From Euprymna scolopes (taxonomy: Eukaryota), in the NCBI GenBank assembly GCA_053919585.1, contig CM132796.1: a DNA stretch of 64,000 bases. One strand, given 5' to 3'. Of this stretch, positions 53,398 to 64,000 are shown piece by piece. The notes under the pieces are model-generated. The model was not told the DNA's origin, searched no databases, and was given only the letters and a program-made list of their open reading frames with translations. Every line of letters begins with the position of its first letter. The stretch's first letter is position 1. The position numbers and the translations under genes were made by a program.

Positions 53398-56008
53398 AGA
53401 AGAAACGCAGTAACCTTCAATCTTCTGAGATTATCTTTCACCATGATAAACGATACCGCTTGCTGCAGCAAGAATAGTGCAGACATCTGAAAGTTTGGGT
53501 GAGAACAACTGCCATATTCTTCTACAATACAGATCCGACCCTCCTTCTTATTTGAACTTTTAAAACCCAAATTCCAACAACTTCTAAACATAAAAATTCA
53601 AACGATGGAGGGACACCAAGAGCAGATAACGAATAATTCAGACAATTACATTTCTGTATTGAGAATATACTTTTCTTTTTCAAACGGAACCACGTGTTTG
53701 AACGAGATTATATTCGGTGAAATGTGAGTCGTTTTATTGCAAACATAAAATGAATAATAAGACGCAAAATAAACAACAGAAGAACATTTATATTTTCATA
53801 TTTATTGAAAATTCATGATGCATTCAATCATAAAAAAATCTGTATTACGTAATAATTAATATCATTCTCGTTAGCTTTAATAACAATTTCAGGGAAATTT
53901 CGGAATCGAGATGAAGAACATTTTATTGTTGCAGCAATAAAATTCTTGGAATTCCTAGAGGGTGTTACTTCTGTTTGTTCATGGTGTTAATTCTTCTTGG
54001 TCGTGTATGCAGGAGTAGAATCTTTCGATGAAACCTTACGCATTAGTCATTAAACTTTATTCATTTCGTTTATCATTTTCAATCCTCTCATGATATTCAA
54101 CTGTCAATTTATTAATCTCATTAACTCTTAGCCTTGTGTACCTTTTAGCCTTGACAAGTGGTGAATGATTACTAAAGACAAAAAGCATTGAATCGAATTG
54201 TATTGACCAACCTCAACAGATTATGGATCCAGAATTCTATTGAGTTAATCAACTTTTATTCAACAGCAATGACTTTGGCAACGAACTTCTTGGGTAGAAC
54301 CATTATTTGAATAGAAAAGGTTTTAGTGATACCTAGCGGTTAGAGTACCACAAAACAGAAGTAAATAAAACAAAGTTATTTTCGGACGGAGTTTTTCTGT
54401 CAATTTTTTTTTTACGGCGCTTCAAGCAGACAAGACGTGTCCAGGGCTCCGCACACAATAGAGGGGGGGATCATACAATGTAGTTGGGTGTAATGAAAAT
54501 TCCGTTTATCTTTCTGTCTGTCTTTTTTCCTCGACCTGCGTGTTTTTTTCTGTGACTGTTTTCTTTTTAATAAACATTTTTTTTTACAAATTAATATCGA
54601 GGTCCGATTGTGTTTTAAGCAGTTTATCTAGAACTTGAGATCTCGTCGGTTGTATACTAGTTTGCACCAATTACGTTTCAGGTAAACAAAGAATAAGCAA
54701 CTATGAAAAGGACGAATTCGGGACTATATCGGTTTCATTAGCTTCCGGTTGATCTATAAGATTTTATTGTATTATGCATTCTGCCCTCGAGAGAGACAAA
54801 TAAATAGGAGCACGGTCTCGCAATGTTTTTTTTTTTTTTTTTTGTATATTAGAAAGTTTTGGGAATAAAAACGGTGCACATATTTTAAAAAATATATTTA
54901 ATATATCTTTTTAATATATATTTTCCTGTATTAAAAATAATACCTGTGACGAAAAAACAACAACAAAAAAATAATAATTTTAATGAAAAACAAGTTAATT
55001 ATCTGTTATCCGTGTGTGTACGAAGGTTAAATGGAAGTCCAAGAAATTGGCGTAGATACAAATTTGTCTATTTCATATTTAATTACTTTGTGGGTGCCTG
55101 GAACCTAATTGGTCCAAGGTTTTATACATGCATCGATCAGTGAAAGCGTAAGGAAATAATACAGAAACATTCGCTGATTTAATCCTGTCCCTTGATGATC
55201 GAATTATTTTTCTTTATATGAAACGTTTCATGTTTATGAAAACTTATTTGTTTAAAAAAATATAATATTGTAAGTAATTACTTTTTTTGTTGTAATTACT
55301 GCTCAAGTAAATACTTAAAATCGATGCATAAAATATATCTCATNNNNNNNNNNNNNNNNNNNNNNNNNNNNNNNNNNNNNNNNNNNNNNNNNNNNNNNNN
55401 NNNNNNNNNNNNNNNNNNNNNNNNNNNNNNNNNNNNNNNNNNNNNNNNNNNNNNNNNNNNNNNNNNNNNNNNNNNNNNNNNNNNNNNNNNNNNNNNNNNN
55501 NNNNNNNNNNNNNNNNNNNNNNNNNNNNNNNNNNNNNNNNNNNNNNNNNNNNNNNNNNNNNNNNNNNNNNNNNNNNNNNNNNNNNNNNNNNNNNNNNNNN
55601 NNNNNNNNNNNNNNNNNNNNNNNNNNNNNNNNNNNNNNNNNNNNNNNNNNNNNNNNNNNNNNNNNNNNNNNNNNNNNNNNNNNNNNNNNNNNNNNNNNNN
55701 NNNNNNNNNNNNNNNNNNNNNNNNNNNNNNNNNNNNNNNNNNNNNNNNNNNNNNNNNNNNNNNNNNNNNNNNNNNNNNNTAATAACACTGAAATTCAGCT
55801 TGTTAAAATGTCACTTATTACGTTATAGAGATAAAAAAAAATGCAACAAGAGGTACTATTGCAGTTTATGAACCGTGCTGATATAACAAGCTTATAATTT
55901 AGAAACCCATTCTTAACATAAGGAGGAGAAGTATTTGGAGTATTCTATATTTTCAATAAACAAGAAATATTTTTAACAAAAAAAAAAAATACCGTGAAAA
56001 TAGAATAA

Positions 56009-56009
<1 letters not shown>

Positions 56010-56074
<65 letters not shown>
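56010..56074. repeat. (CA)n microsatellite
   Basis: Seen directly in the sequence. Confidence 0.97.
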
Positions 56075-56076
<2 letters not shown>

Positions 56077-56395
56077 CTCCGAGAAAATAATTACCGGCAA
56101 TTAACCAATTGCTATGGAACTGAAGAGGCTGCGTGAAACACACAAATATATGGTTGATGGTATCTGATCAAGCATTCACCCGAGGTGGATTTAGATAGTC
56201 TTAAAGAAATTAAATTCACAAGCTGTTTTCAGTTGCATACATAACTTAGTCAGGGTAGATAACGACGTTCTTTTTTTTTTTTTTGCGTTTTGAAAGAAAC
56301 AGACAGGTGTCACTGTTCTCTCTTATACAGTGTTTGATATTTAAAAAAAAATGTCCCTCTATCTAGCACTGACACTGTTCCATGTTACTTTATTA

Positions 56396-56735
56396 TTTTT
56401 TTTACATTTTCACCCCAAACAAGGTACATTGTCACTTTGATGTAGGGGGCTACTATCAGGGACCTAACTTGCCTGGGTACTATGTAGGGAGTTTAGCAGC
56501 AAGATATCTGTTCACATTACACTTGAACTTCTGCATGTCAGTACAGTTGGGGAAGCAGGAAACTGGAAGAGACTTCCAAAGTCCTGTAGTTCTAGGAAGA
56601 AGCTATTAGAGTAGAAGGCTTTCTTACATCTAGGGATCTCAACTGTGTAGGGGTGGGACTTCGCTGCTTTGTCGGGTTTATCGGGAGTATTTTCGTTGAG
56701 GAGGTACAATGGCTTGTAGTTCGTCAAAGCAGCCA
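56396..56735 (-). mobile_element. CR1 family B 3' fragment
   Basis: High identity to 45336-45670 (YTVEIPRCKKAFYSNSFF). Confidence 0.93.
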
Positions 56736-56815
56736 CCAATGGAATTTGATGATGTCACGGGTTCCAATATGGGAACAAAAATACCTATATAGTCAGTTAT
56801 TATACCGTTTTCATA

Positions 56816-58504
56816 TATTCAGTGAGGTGAAGAAGCGCTATGTCGTTGTTCGCCTTTCTTTCCCTTGAGCCGAACAACAAAATATCTTCTCTCTTGGTTC
56901 TTTTCAATGGGGCGGATAACTGGAGCATTTCTTGAAAAAAGGACAGCAAATATATTTTATTCGCCTTAATCAATTAGATATCCATTTTACTTGACGAAGG
57001 GTTCATTATTAATGGACTATCCTCAAAAAGAGTTCAAAGCGTCCCTATCTATGAGAACTTTGAATTAATACCTGTATCAAATAATAAAGTAAAGTAAACA
57101 TATTTCCTTAATCTTTCTTACTAAAAATCGATGCTGATTCTGGGTTGTCTGGACTTTATAATCTGTAAAATAAAATAAAACAAGTCTTTTTCTCAAACCT
57201 TTGTGATTTATAGGTTTCTTATTATAAAATCGCCGTTTGGTTCTGGTTCATCATCTTTTTGTTGATTATTGCTATCTGTTCTTCAGATATAGATGCATTT
57301 TGATTCACCTTCTTTCAAAAAATATTTGATCTGCATAGAAACATTTATCAAACATATATTTTCCAATAACAACCTACATAGAAGTGACAGTTCCAGCAGA
57401 GAAGGAGTATTTAAGAAGGAGGGGGTTCAGCACGTTTAATCTGGATGGTGTATCGAAATGCGCAATCCATGTATCTATATTATCGTGTTTCTCTCTCACA
57501 TTTATGAAAATAATCCGTCCCTTTTCTGTGATTGTTTTTCTCTTGTTAAATTTTACGGTTTTTTTTATAAATCCGTATCGGCGTTCGAGTGAGTTTGTAT
57601 CCATAGATAAGCAAGAAACCTGGGTTCACGATGACGACGATGATGACCACACAGGTGGTGTATAATGGTTTATATGCGCACTGATGAGTGAAAACATAAC
57701 GAATATATCCGTCTATCTAGGTGTCGGCCTTTTCTCTTTTACCGCCCATATGAGTTCTTTACTGTCCACAGACAAATATACAATATACGGCATAATCACG
57801 TTGATACATCGGTTCTCATTAGATTATCAAAGTATCGTTGAACCTGGTCGCTACTAAAGTAGGGGACCATTCGAGAATACCAAGCGCTGTATGTGCTCTT
57901 CACTTATCTCGGTATTGTTTCCAGTAATCCTGGACTTCTCATTGCCACTAGAATCAAGCAGTGCCAATTCAGGAGAAGAGTAGTTAGGGATTGCGCACCC
58001 CTTGCATCACAATTCAGCATGTGTTATCTATCATCCCCCCAGAATGATCAGATGGTTCTCGTCGTTCCGACGGACGAACATCCTATCTACAGAGAAGCCG
58101 GAATCTAGGTTCCCGACGATGACGACATGGGTGATTTATAATAGTTTATACACGTATTGCTAAGTGAAAGCAACATCTTAAAATGCGCGAGATACGCCAG
58201 TAGATGAGTCTGACCAGATATTCCGAGACACATAAGCATCCACAGTCTGTTGTCGAGTCTTGTCCGGTGATGGATTCTGGAAATTATGTTATTGACATTT
58301 GAAAAGACAATGTGACAAATTTCAACATCGGCGCCAGAGTTGTTTTGTAACCACAACTAGTACCCCCCCCCCCAAAAAAAAAAACTGAGCTTCCGACGAA
58401 CACATATGCATCGTTATTCAGTGAGGTGAAGAAGCGCTATGTTGTTGTTCGCCTTTCTTTCCCTTGAGCCAAACAACAAAATATCTTCCCTCTTGGTTCT
58501 TTTC
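56816..58504. repeat. 90-bp direct repeats (56816-56905 / 58415-58504) bracketing an unidentified segment
   Basis: tattcagtgaggtgaagaagcgctatg...ctcttggttcttttc occurs twice, with three substitutions. Confidence 0.9.
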
Positions 58505-58754
58505 CTTGACACGGGTAACGCTATGTGAAAATACAACACTATCCAGATGAAAACAGCGTCAGAATAATCCAAATATTACGCAAATTCATTGTTATTATCA
58601 CTCATCACATTGTACGTGCATATTTAAAAATATACGCCAATATTTTTTTTATTTCAAACCATTGTTTCTGAATTCTTAAGATGAGGATTGATAATTCTAT
58701 ATTATTTGGAAATTATTATTCGAACTTCTGTTCTCATCTTCAGCGTTGTTTTAA

Positions 58755-58796
58755 TAAAGTTTCAGCCTATGTAACCTCCGGCCTTCTTCAGGAGTA
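58755..58796 (-). ncRNA. Partial Penelope-type hammerhead motif
   Basis: CUGAAGA-A-GGCC...GGCU-GAAAC; the 3' strand of stem I is missing. Confidence 0.3.
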
Positions 58797-58867
58797 TCTT
58801 GTCGAACTCAGGGGTCTTTATTCATTATAAATAGTAGATAAAGTCACAATTAAAAACTTTTTTAAAA

Positions 58868-58928
<61 letters not shown>

Positions 58929-59020
58929 CATATGTAGCGACAAACAGTGCTCTATTGTGATAAGTAGTGAGATTGTACATATAAAAGCAAAACTAGGTTT
59001 AAGCCTTCCAAAATTCTTAC

Positions 59021-59326
59021 AAATTGTCCGTAAGAAATCCTGGTGTAACGGATAAAATTCTGAATATGGAACCGGGGCGACGCCGATGAAAACAGAAATG
59101 TGGACACACGCATATTCCAGACGGATTTCGATTAACATTCTTGTGTCCCATAAAAATGACCGGAATTGTAATCATCACGAAAACAAAGAAATGTTTATAT
59201 TCCAGGTCGGGAGAATATGAATTGCGCAACGCAAAATAAAAAAAAGAAGAATGTAATATCTTAATATTTACATTCGAGAAATGTGATTTGATGTCTATAT
59301 AAGACAGAACATAAACAATTGAATAG

Positions 59327-59359
<33 letters not shown>

Positions 59360-59410
59360 GACCGACAGCCGTCGAGCGTGATTGAGATTTTTCCGCCGTT
59401 GCTGCCACAC
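59021..59410 (-). other. Candidate non-coding first exon
   Basis: CpG-richer, apparently unique sequence with a (CT)n tract on the minus strand, ending at a GTAAGA donor at 59020. Confidence 0.3.
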
Positions 59411-60199
59411 ATAAACCAACTCCTATAACTAACTTCTCTCTCTTTGACTATGGGCAAAAAGCTTACTTGTAAATAAAACTTATATATTAATAAATTCGTC
59501 TCTGTAATGCTTTTGAGAACAACGACAAAGAATTGTCAGGTGTATATATAATTTTAGTAAGCATTTAAAAAGTGCAAGCTAGAAAATTATATATACATAT
59601 CTGCAATAACGTAACAAAAGTACTTGGCAAATTTCCGTTATAAGTGACGATCTGAAATGCGGGCGATGCTACGAATACAATTGCAGCTTACTTAGGATTT
59701 CTATCTAGTCAGGGTTGACGGAACGAGAGAGTGGATTAAATAAAGGGTTCAGTTCGAATTTTCGTGAAGATTTTCAGAGTTCAACAGAAAAATTCTCAAC
59801 TTCAACAAGCTACACCGTAAGAAGGTCGGAGGTTACCTTGTGGAAATCTGAGAACAGTAGTCCGAAAAATCTGTATAATACGAACCATGTAGAACAAACA
59901 AATAAATAAATTTGACGGTAACAATTTTGAAAAATTGATCAGAACCTTGTGTTTAATCTTTTTCATTTCCTTAATCAAAGGATTGGAAATATTTGATGCT
60001 CTTTAATACCTTTTTCTAAAATATACGAAGGTGTGAAATGCAATCACGTGACAAAAAGAAAAGAAAATAATTAAAAAAACAACAATAAAAAAACACAATA
60101 GTTGGCGATTGAAAAAAGAAACGAAAACAAAAAACATGAGTCAATCATTTTTTTTCCCTTTTTCGGCAAGTATATTTTTTAAAAAGGATTTATAATCGC

Positions 60200-60577
60200 A
60201 GTGAGCGCTAGCAGTTAGTGACACTTGCGTAGAGAGAGGGGGTGGGGATCAAGAAGTGAGAAAGTGTGTGTTGTGGGGGTGAGAAGACGGTGTGAGGGGG
60301 TGGAGAGACTGAGATGGCCCGGTCAGTGGTGAAAAAAGGGGGCGTAGAAGGAAAGAAAGAGGCGCTACGGAAGTGGAGCAAGTGTGCGTCCAATGGTCGA
60401 AAGCAGTGGTCGCAGATGTCGCGAAAGAACGTCACTTCCGGCTGTCCGACTGTTGGTGCGATTCGCCTGTCTTCGTGTCCGCACGGGGGCAAACAGGAAC
60501 CCTTACTTCAGAGACCCTGAAAATAGATTTTTTAAAAAAGAAAGAAAAGAGAAAAGAGAAACTTTGAATTATAACAG
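60200..60577 (+). promoter_or_regulatory. Candidate promoter and non-coding first exon
   Basis: A GC/CpG-rich island in an AT-rich background. ETS-like cggaagtg (~60368) and cacttccgg (~60433), CCAAT (~60390), and donor CAG|GTAGAG at 60578. Confidence 0.5.
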
Positions 60578-61951
60578 GTAGAGATTTTCAATAAAATTTA
60601 AATGCCCACGGCTATTTTGGTTACTTGAACATTAGAAATAGAGGTGCTCGTTTACGAAAGGGGTACCAAATTTCTGACCTTAGAAAATTTAATTCACGTG
60701 ATATTAGATAACTAGTGTAACATTAAACGAGATAGCATTAAATAAGTAAATCTGAATGAACATGGATGTAGAGAGCATGAAACGATATGGAGAAACGCAT
60801 AATGATGATAAAGCCTTTTTTAATGGAAAAAATATACTTAGATGCGAAAATTCTCTGTGTTCTCTATTTGCCAAAAAGAAATAACAGAGGTAAAACAGGC
60901 AAAAAGAAGTGATTGTTGGAGATGCGTTCCAAATAAAAGAAGGCAAATTTCTATAAATCATGGAAGGTTTTTTGGAAGGAGTAAAACGGACACTACAGAC
61001 GTTCATATATAAGTATTTGGGGCATGTAAGACTCCAGGGACAAGACTAAACAAACCAGTTTTTATCTTATACATTGTGCGTTGAAATTGTTTTTGTTATT
61101 TTTTATACACTTATTTATGTACGACTTTTAAGATTAACAAAATCGCAAAGTAACAAAATATAAAAATAACCAATTAAAAAAGCAGAAAAAAGAACAATTG
61201 TTTTATTTCTAAAATAAAAAAATAGTATTTTAGTGTCGCCCGAATGTAGGATCGAACCTCCACCCTCTAGGAGAAAAATATATATATATATATACATTAG
61301 TAATATCTGTGAGAAGAAAACTAGCAGAGTTCGCGATGATTAAAATAACAAGTTCAAATATTTATTTATATAATGCATAACACTAGTTTAGAACAAGATA
61401 GTAGAGCCGGTTTCGAATAAAAAAAATGGTTAACACATAGTTGCGTCCCGTTGAGATTCATCAGCCATAATGTCAACGAGATTTGTTGATTCGAAACCGA
61501 CGGTACCGTGTNNNNNNNNNNNNNNNNNNNNNNNNNNNNNNNNNNNNNNNNNNNNNNNNNNNNNNNNNNNNNNNNNNNNNNNNNNNNNNNNNNNNNNNNN
61601 NNNNNNNNNNNNNNNNNNNNNNNNNNNNNNNNNNNNNNNNNNNNNNNNNNNNNNNNNNNNNNNNNNNNNNNNNNNNNNNNNNNNNNNNNNNNNNNNNNNN
61701 NNNNNNNNNNNNNNNNNNNNNNNNNNNNNNNNNNNNNNNNNNNNNNNNNNNNNNNNNNNNNNNNNNNNNNNNNNNNNNNNNNNNNNNNNNNNNNNNNNNN
61801 NNNNNNNNNNNNNNNNNNNNNNNNNNNNNNNNNNNNNNNNNNNNNNNNNNNNNNNNNNNNNNNNNNNNNNNNNNNNGATTTTTAAACGATATTATCAACA
61901 ACAAAATCTACGTAAATATATAAACGATAAAAACTAAGCAGTAAAATTGTC

Positions 61952-62015
61952 TATGACGTAATGGATTAAGACGCCAGACTGTAATACATGAGTTTCGGTG
62001 TTCGATTCCTAATAA
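61952..62015 (+). mobile_element. Degenerate tRNA-derived SINE head or tRNA pseudogene
   Basis: A-box-like tgacgtaatgg and B-box gttcgattcc at tRNA spacing; no acceptor stem. Confidence 0.45.
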
Positions 62016-62140
62016 GAGTCAAGCTACACTGAAGAGGGGTAACATGCATGTACGTAGATTACTTTAAAAAATGATATAATATATAGATATATATATATAT
62101 ATATAGAGAGAGAGATTGTTGGAGAGCTATTGGTTACACA

Positions 62141-62195
62141 TTAGCAAACGTGTTTCAATGACCCCCTAGCAGGGAAAATCACCTCATCAGGCCAA
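62141..62195 (-). ncRNA. Type I hammerhead ribozyme-like motif with a defective stem III
   Basis: UUGGC-CUGAUGA-GGUGAU(UU)UCCCU-GCU-AGGGG-GUCAUU-GAAA-CACGUUU-GCUAA; stems I and II pair. Confidence 0.55.
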
Positions 62196-62204
62196 AAACC
62201 ATCC

Positions 62205-62304
62205 ACCTAGCTCTACCTACGTATTGAGCACTTTTGAAGTAAATACTTAAAGTTTACGCATAAATCTATACTTTTATATATTAATTTTATGTGAGTAAAT
62301 GAAG

Positions 62305-62366
<62 letters not shown>

Positions 62367-62865
62367 CAGTAGACATTGAATTTTTAAGATTATTTTTTGC
62401 AGTCTCATAACTCTAGCTCCCATCAATTTTTCTTTCGCTCTCACGTCCCATGAGCGATGCTTTTGATAAAGGAGGAAGAATTACTGTTTTCTGAGTTGGA
62501 AGCTGTAACATTTGATTATTGGCTAGTTTTAACCCTGGGAGGTATTTCTTTTAACTCTTTACATCAAGTGATTCATGACTTGCCTTGTGCGATTACTAAT
62601 ATATGCAGTGATTGCAGGTGATTAAATGACTTACTGACTTGATGGTTTTCTAACGAACGATAAAAAATATTTTTTTGTATAGTTTAAAAGGTTAAAAACT
62701 TCCAAGACTATATACACACACTTCATTTACTCACATAAAATTAATATACGAAAGTATACATTTATGCGTAAACTTTAAGTATTTATTTTAAAAGTGCTCA
62801 ATATGTAGGTAGAGCTAGGTAGTAAGTTATAAAATATATATGGCGATTAAGCTTAATCGCCATAT
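62205..62865. mobile_element. Foldback/MITE family copies in inverted orientation
   Basis: The ~100 bp arms at 62205-62305 and 62720-62820 are reverse complements. A perfect 28-bp palindrome at 62838-62865 runs into an N block. Same family as 6909-7109. Confidence 0.8.
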
Positions 62866-63561
62866 NNNNNNNNNNNNNNNNNNNNNNNNNNNNNNNNNNN
62901 NNNNNNNNNNNNNNNNNNNNNNNNNNNNNNNNNNNNNNNNNNNNNNNNNNNNNNNNNNNNNNNNNNNNNNNNNNNNNNNNNNNNNNNNNNNNNNNNNNNN
63001 NNNNNNNNNNNNNAACCATGTTGACGAATTTATATAAAACCAAATTATTTGTTATAATATTTGAACAGTAATGAATGTACGGGACATTATAAAGTAAATT
63101 CAGCCAGCTTTTCCTCAGGTGGATTTTACGTTTACATTGATAAAAAAAAAAAAAAAAAGAGAGCGTTCTTTTCTTTTTATTTTTCATTTTTTTTTTTTTT
63201 TCATTGAATTCCGTTCACAAATTTCAGTGGTACCCTCTCTACTAGACACTTTTCGATATGGACATTTCGCATCAAAAGATGTTTATATGTTTGGTATTAA
63301 TTTCAGAAAAACAAAAAAGCAAAACGAAAAGCGTCCTTCTGTCAAAACTGTAGCTGATGTGATCACTGAAACTAGTTAAACTCTTTCTATTGTTTCATTC
63401 CGTATATTAAACTTCATATTCGTCTCTGAGGAGCTGTATAATAGTCTTCCACTATCTAATGAAACACGTGGAAGACGTACTATAATGTGATAACTAATGA
63501 TATGCATGTATGTATGTATGTACAATTTGGATTCTAAACATAGCATTTTGACACTTGGACA

Positions 63562-64000
63562 TTAGGGGTTACTATTTGGGAATATGTCTACAATGGACCG
63601 TGGGGAGTTGAGCAGTGAGGTATCTGTTCGCATCATATTTACACTTTTGCATATTAGTACAGTCAAAGAAGCAGGAAACAGGGAGAAAATTCCAAAGTTT
63701 AATAGCCCGAAGGAAGAAACTATTAGAGTAAAAGCCTTTCCGACATCTAGTGACCTCAACCGTAGAGGGGTGGGATTTTGCTGCTTGTCAGGTAAAGCGG
63801 GAGTATTCACGTCGGAGGGGCACACGCGCTATCAGTTCATCAGGGTACATTTCATTAAATTACTTGTAAAACAGGCACAGTAATACAACATTACGGCGAT
63901 AGGATAGAGGTTGGATCATAGCTGATAGTGACAGATGGTAGATGCTCCAACCCATATGTTGCATCAATACTCTATGTATGCGCGAATAGTGGATTTGTAA
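63562..64000 (-). mobile_element. Degenerate CR1 3' region extending beyond the window
   Basis: YKSTIRAYIEY*CNIWVGAS, HRRNV and FYSNSFF-type motifs. Confidence 0.85.

Noticed and set aside
56820-56860. Minus-strand NNDIALLHL resembling the trypsin catalytic Asp motif
   Set aside because: There are no TAAHC or GDSGG motifs nearby, and the duplicate copy has N in place of D.
61235-61270. tRNA gene (B-box and acceptor-like end on the minus strand; similar at ~4390-4450)
   Set aside because: Only a 3' half is present, with no cloverleaf; at most a SINE or tRNA fragment.
61421-61470. Minus-strand CUGAUGA...GCAA hammerhead-like string
   Set aside because: The GAAA box, the first stem II pair and the cleavage site are all non-canonical. 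Similar near-misses at ~6412 and ~57682 were also dropped.

Overview
AT-rich, repeat-dense animal genomic DNA (invertebrate; the CR1 LINEs resemble hydrozoan-type elements, but the species cannot be determined here). It contains seven unreadable N blocks and no intact, recognisable host protein gene. The dominant feature is a ~26.7 kb array of about 890 30-bp monomers (~9385-36110). The array has a homogeneous core, older diverged flanks with a different consensus, and nested higher-order repeats. It also contains a short local inversion and a LINE 3' tail insertion, and a Helitron sits at its right edge. The monomer reads as an open decapeptide (YLDEIIGNGL in the core, YLDEIIRNDP in the flanks). 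In a hand count of the old flank, variants fall mostly at third codon positions. About 1 kb upstream on the same strand lies a cleanly spliced signal-peptide exon. Together these suggest, by inference only, that the satellite arose from the repetitive exon of a secreted-protein gene. The rest of the window holds one near-full-length but broken CR1 (APE+RT) and many CR1 fragments, non-autonomous Helitrons, a deleted mariner and an RTE remnant. It also holds foldback/MITE elements, two tandem 5S rRNA pseudogenes, degenerate Penelope-type hammerhead motifs and a candidate divergent promoter near 59-60.6 kb.
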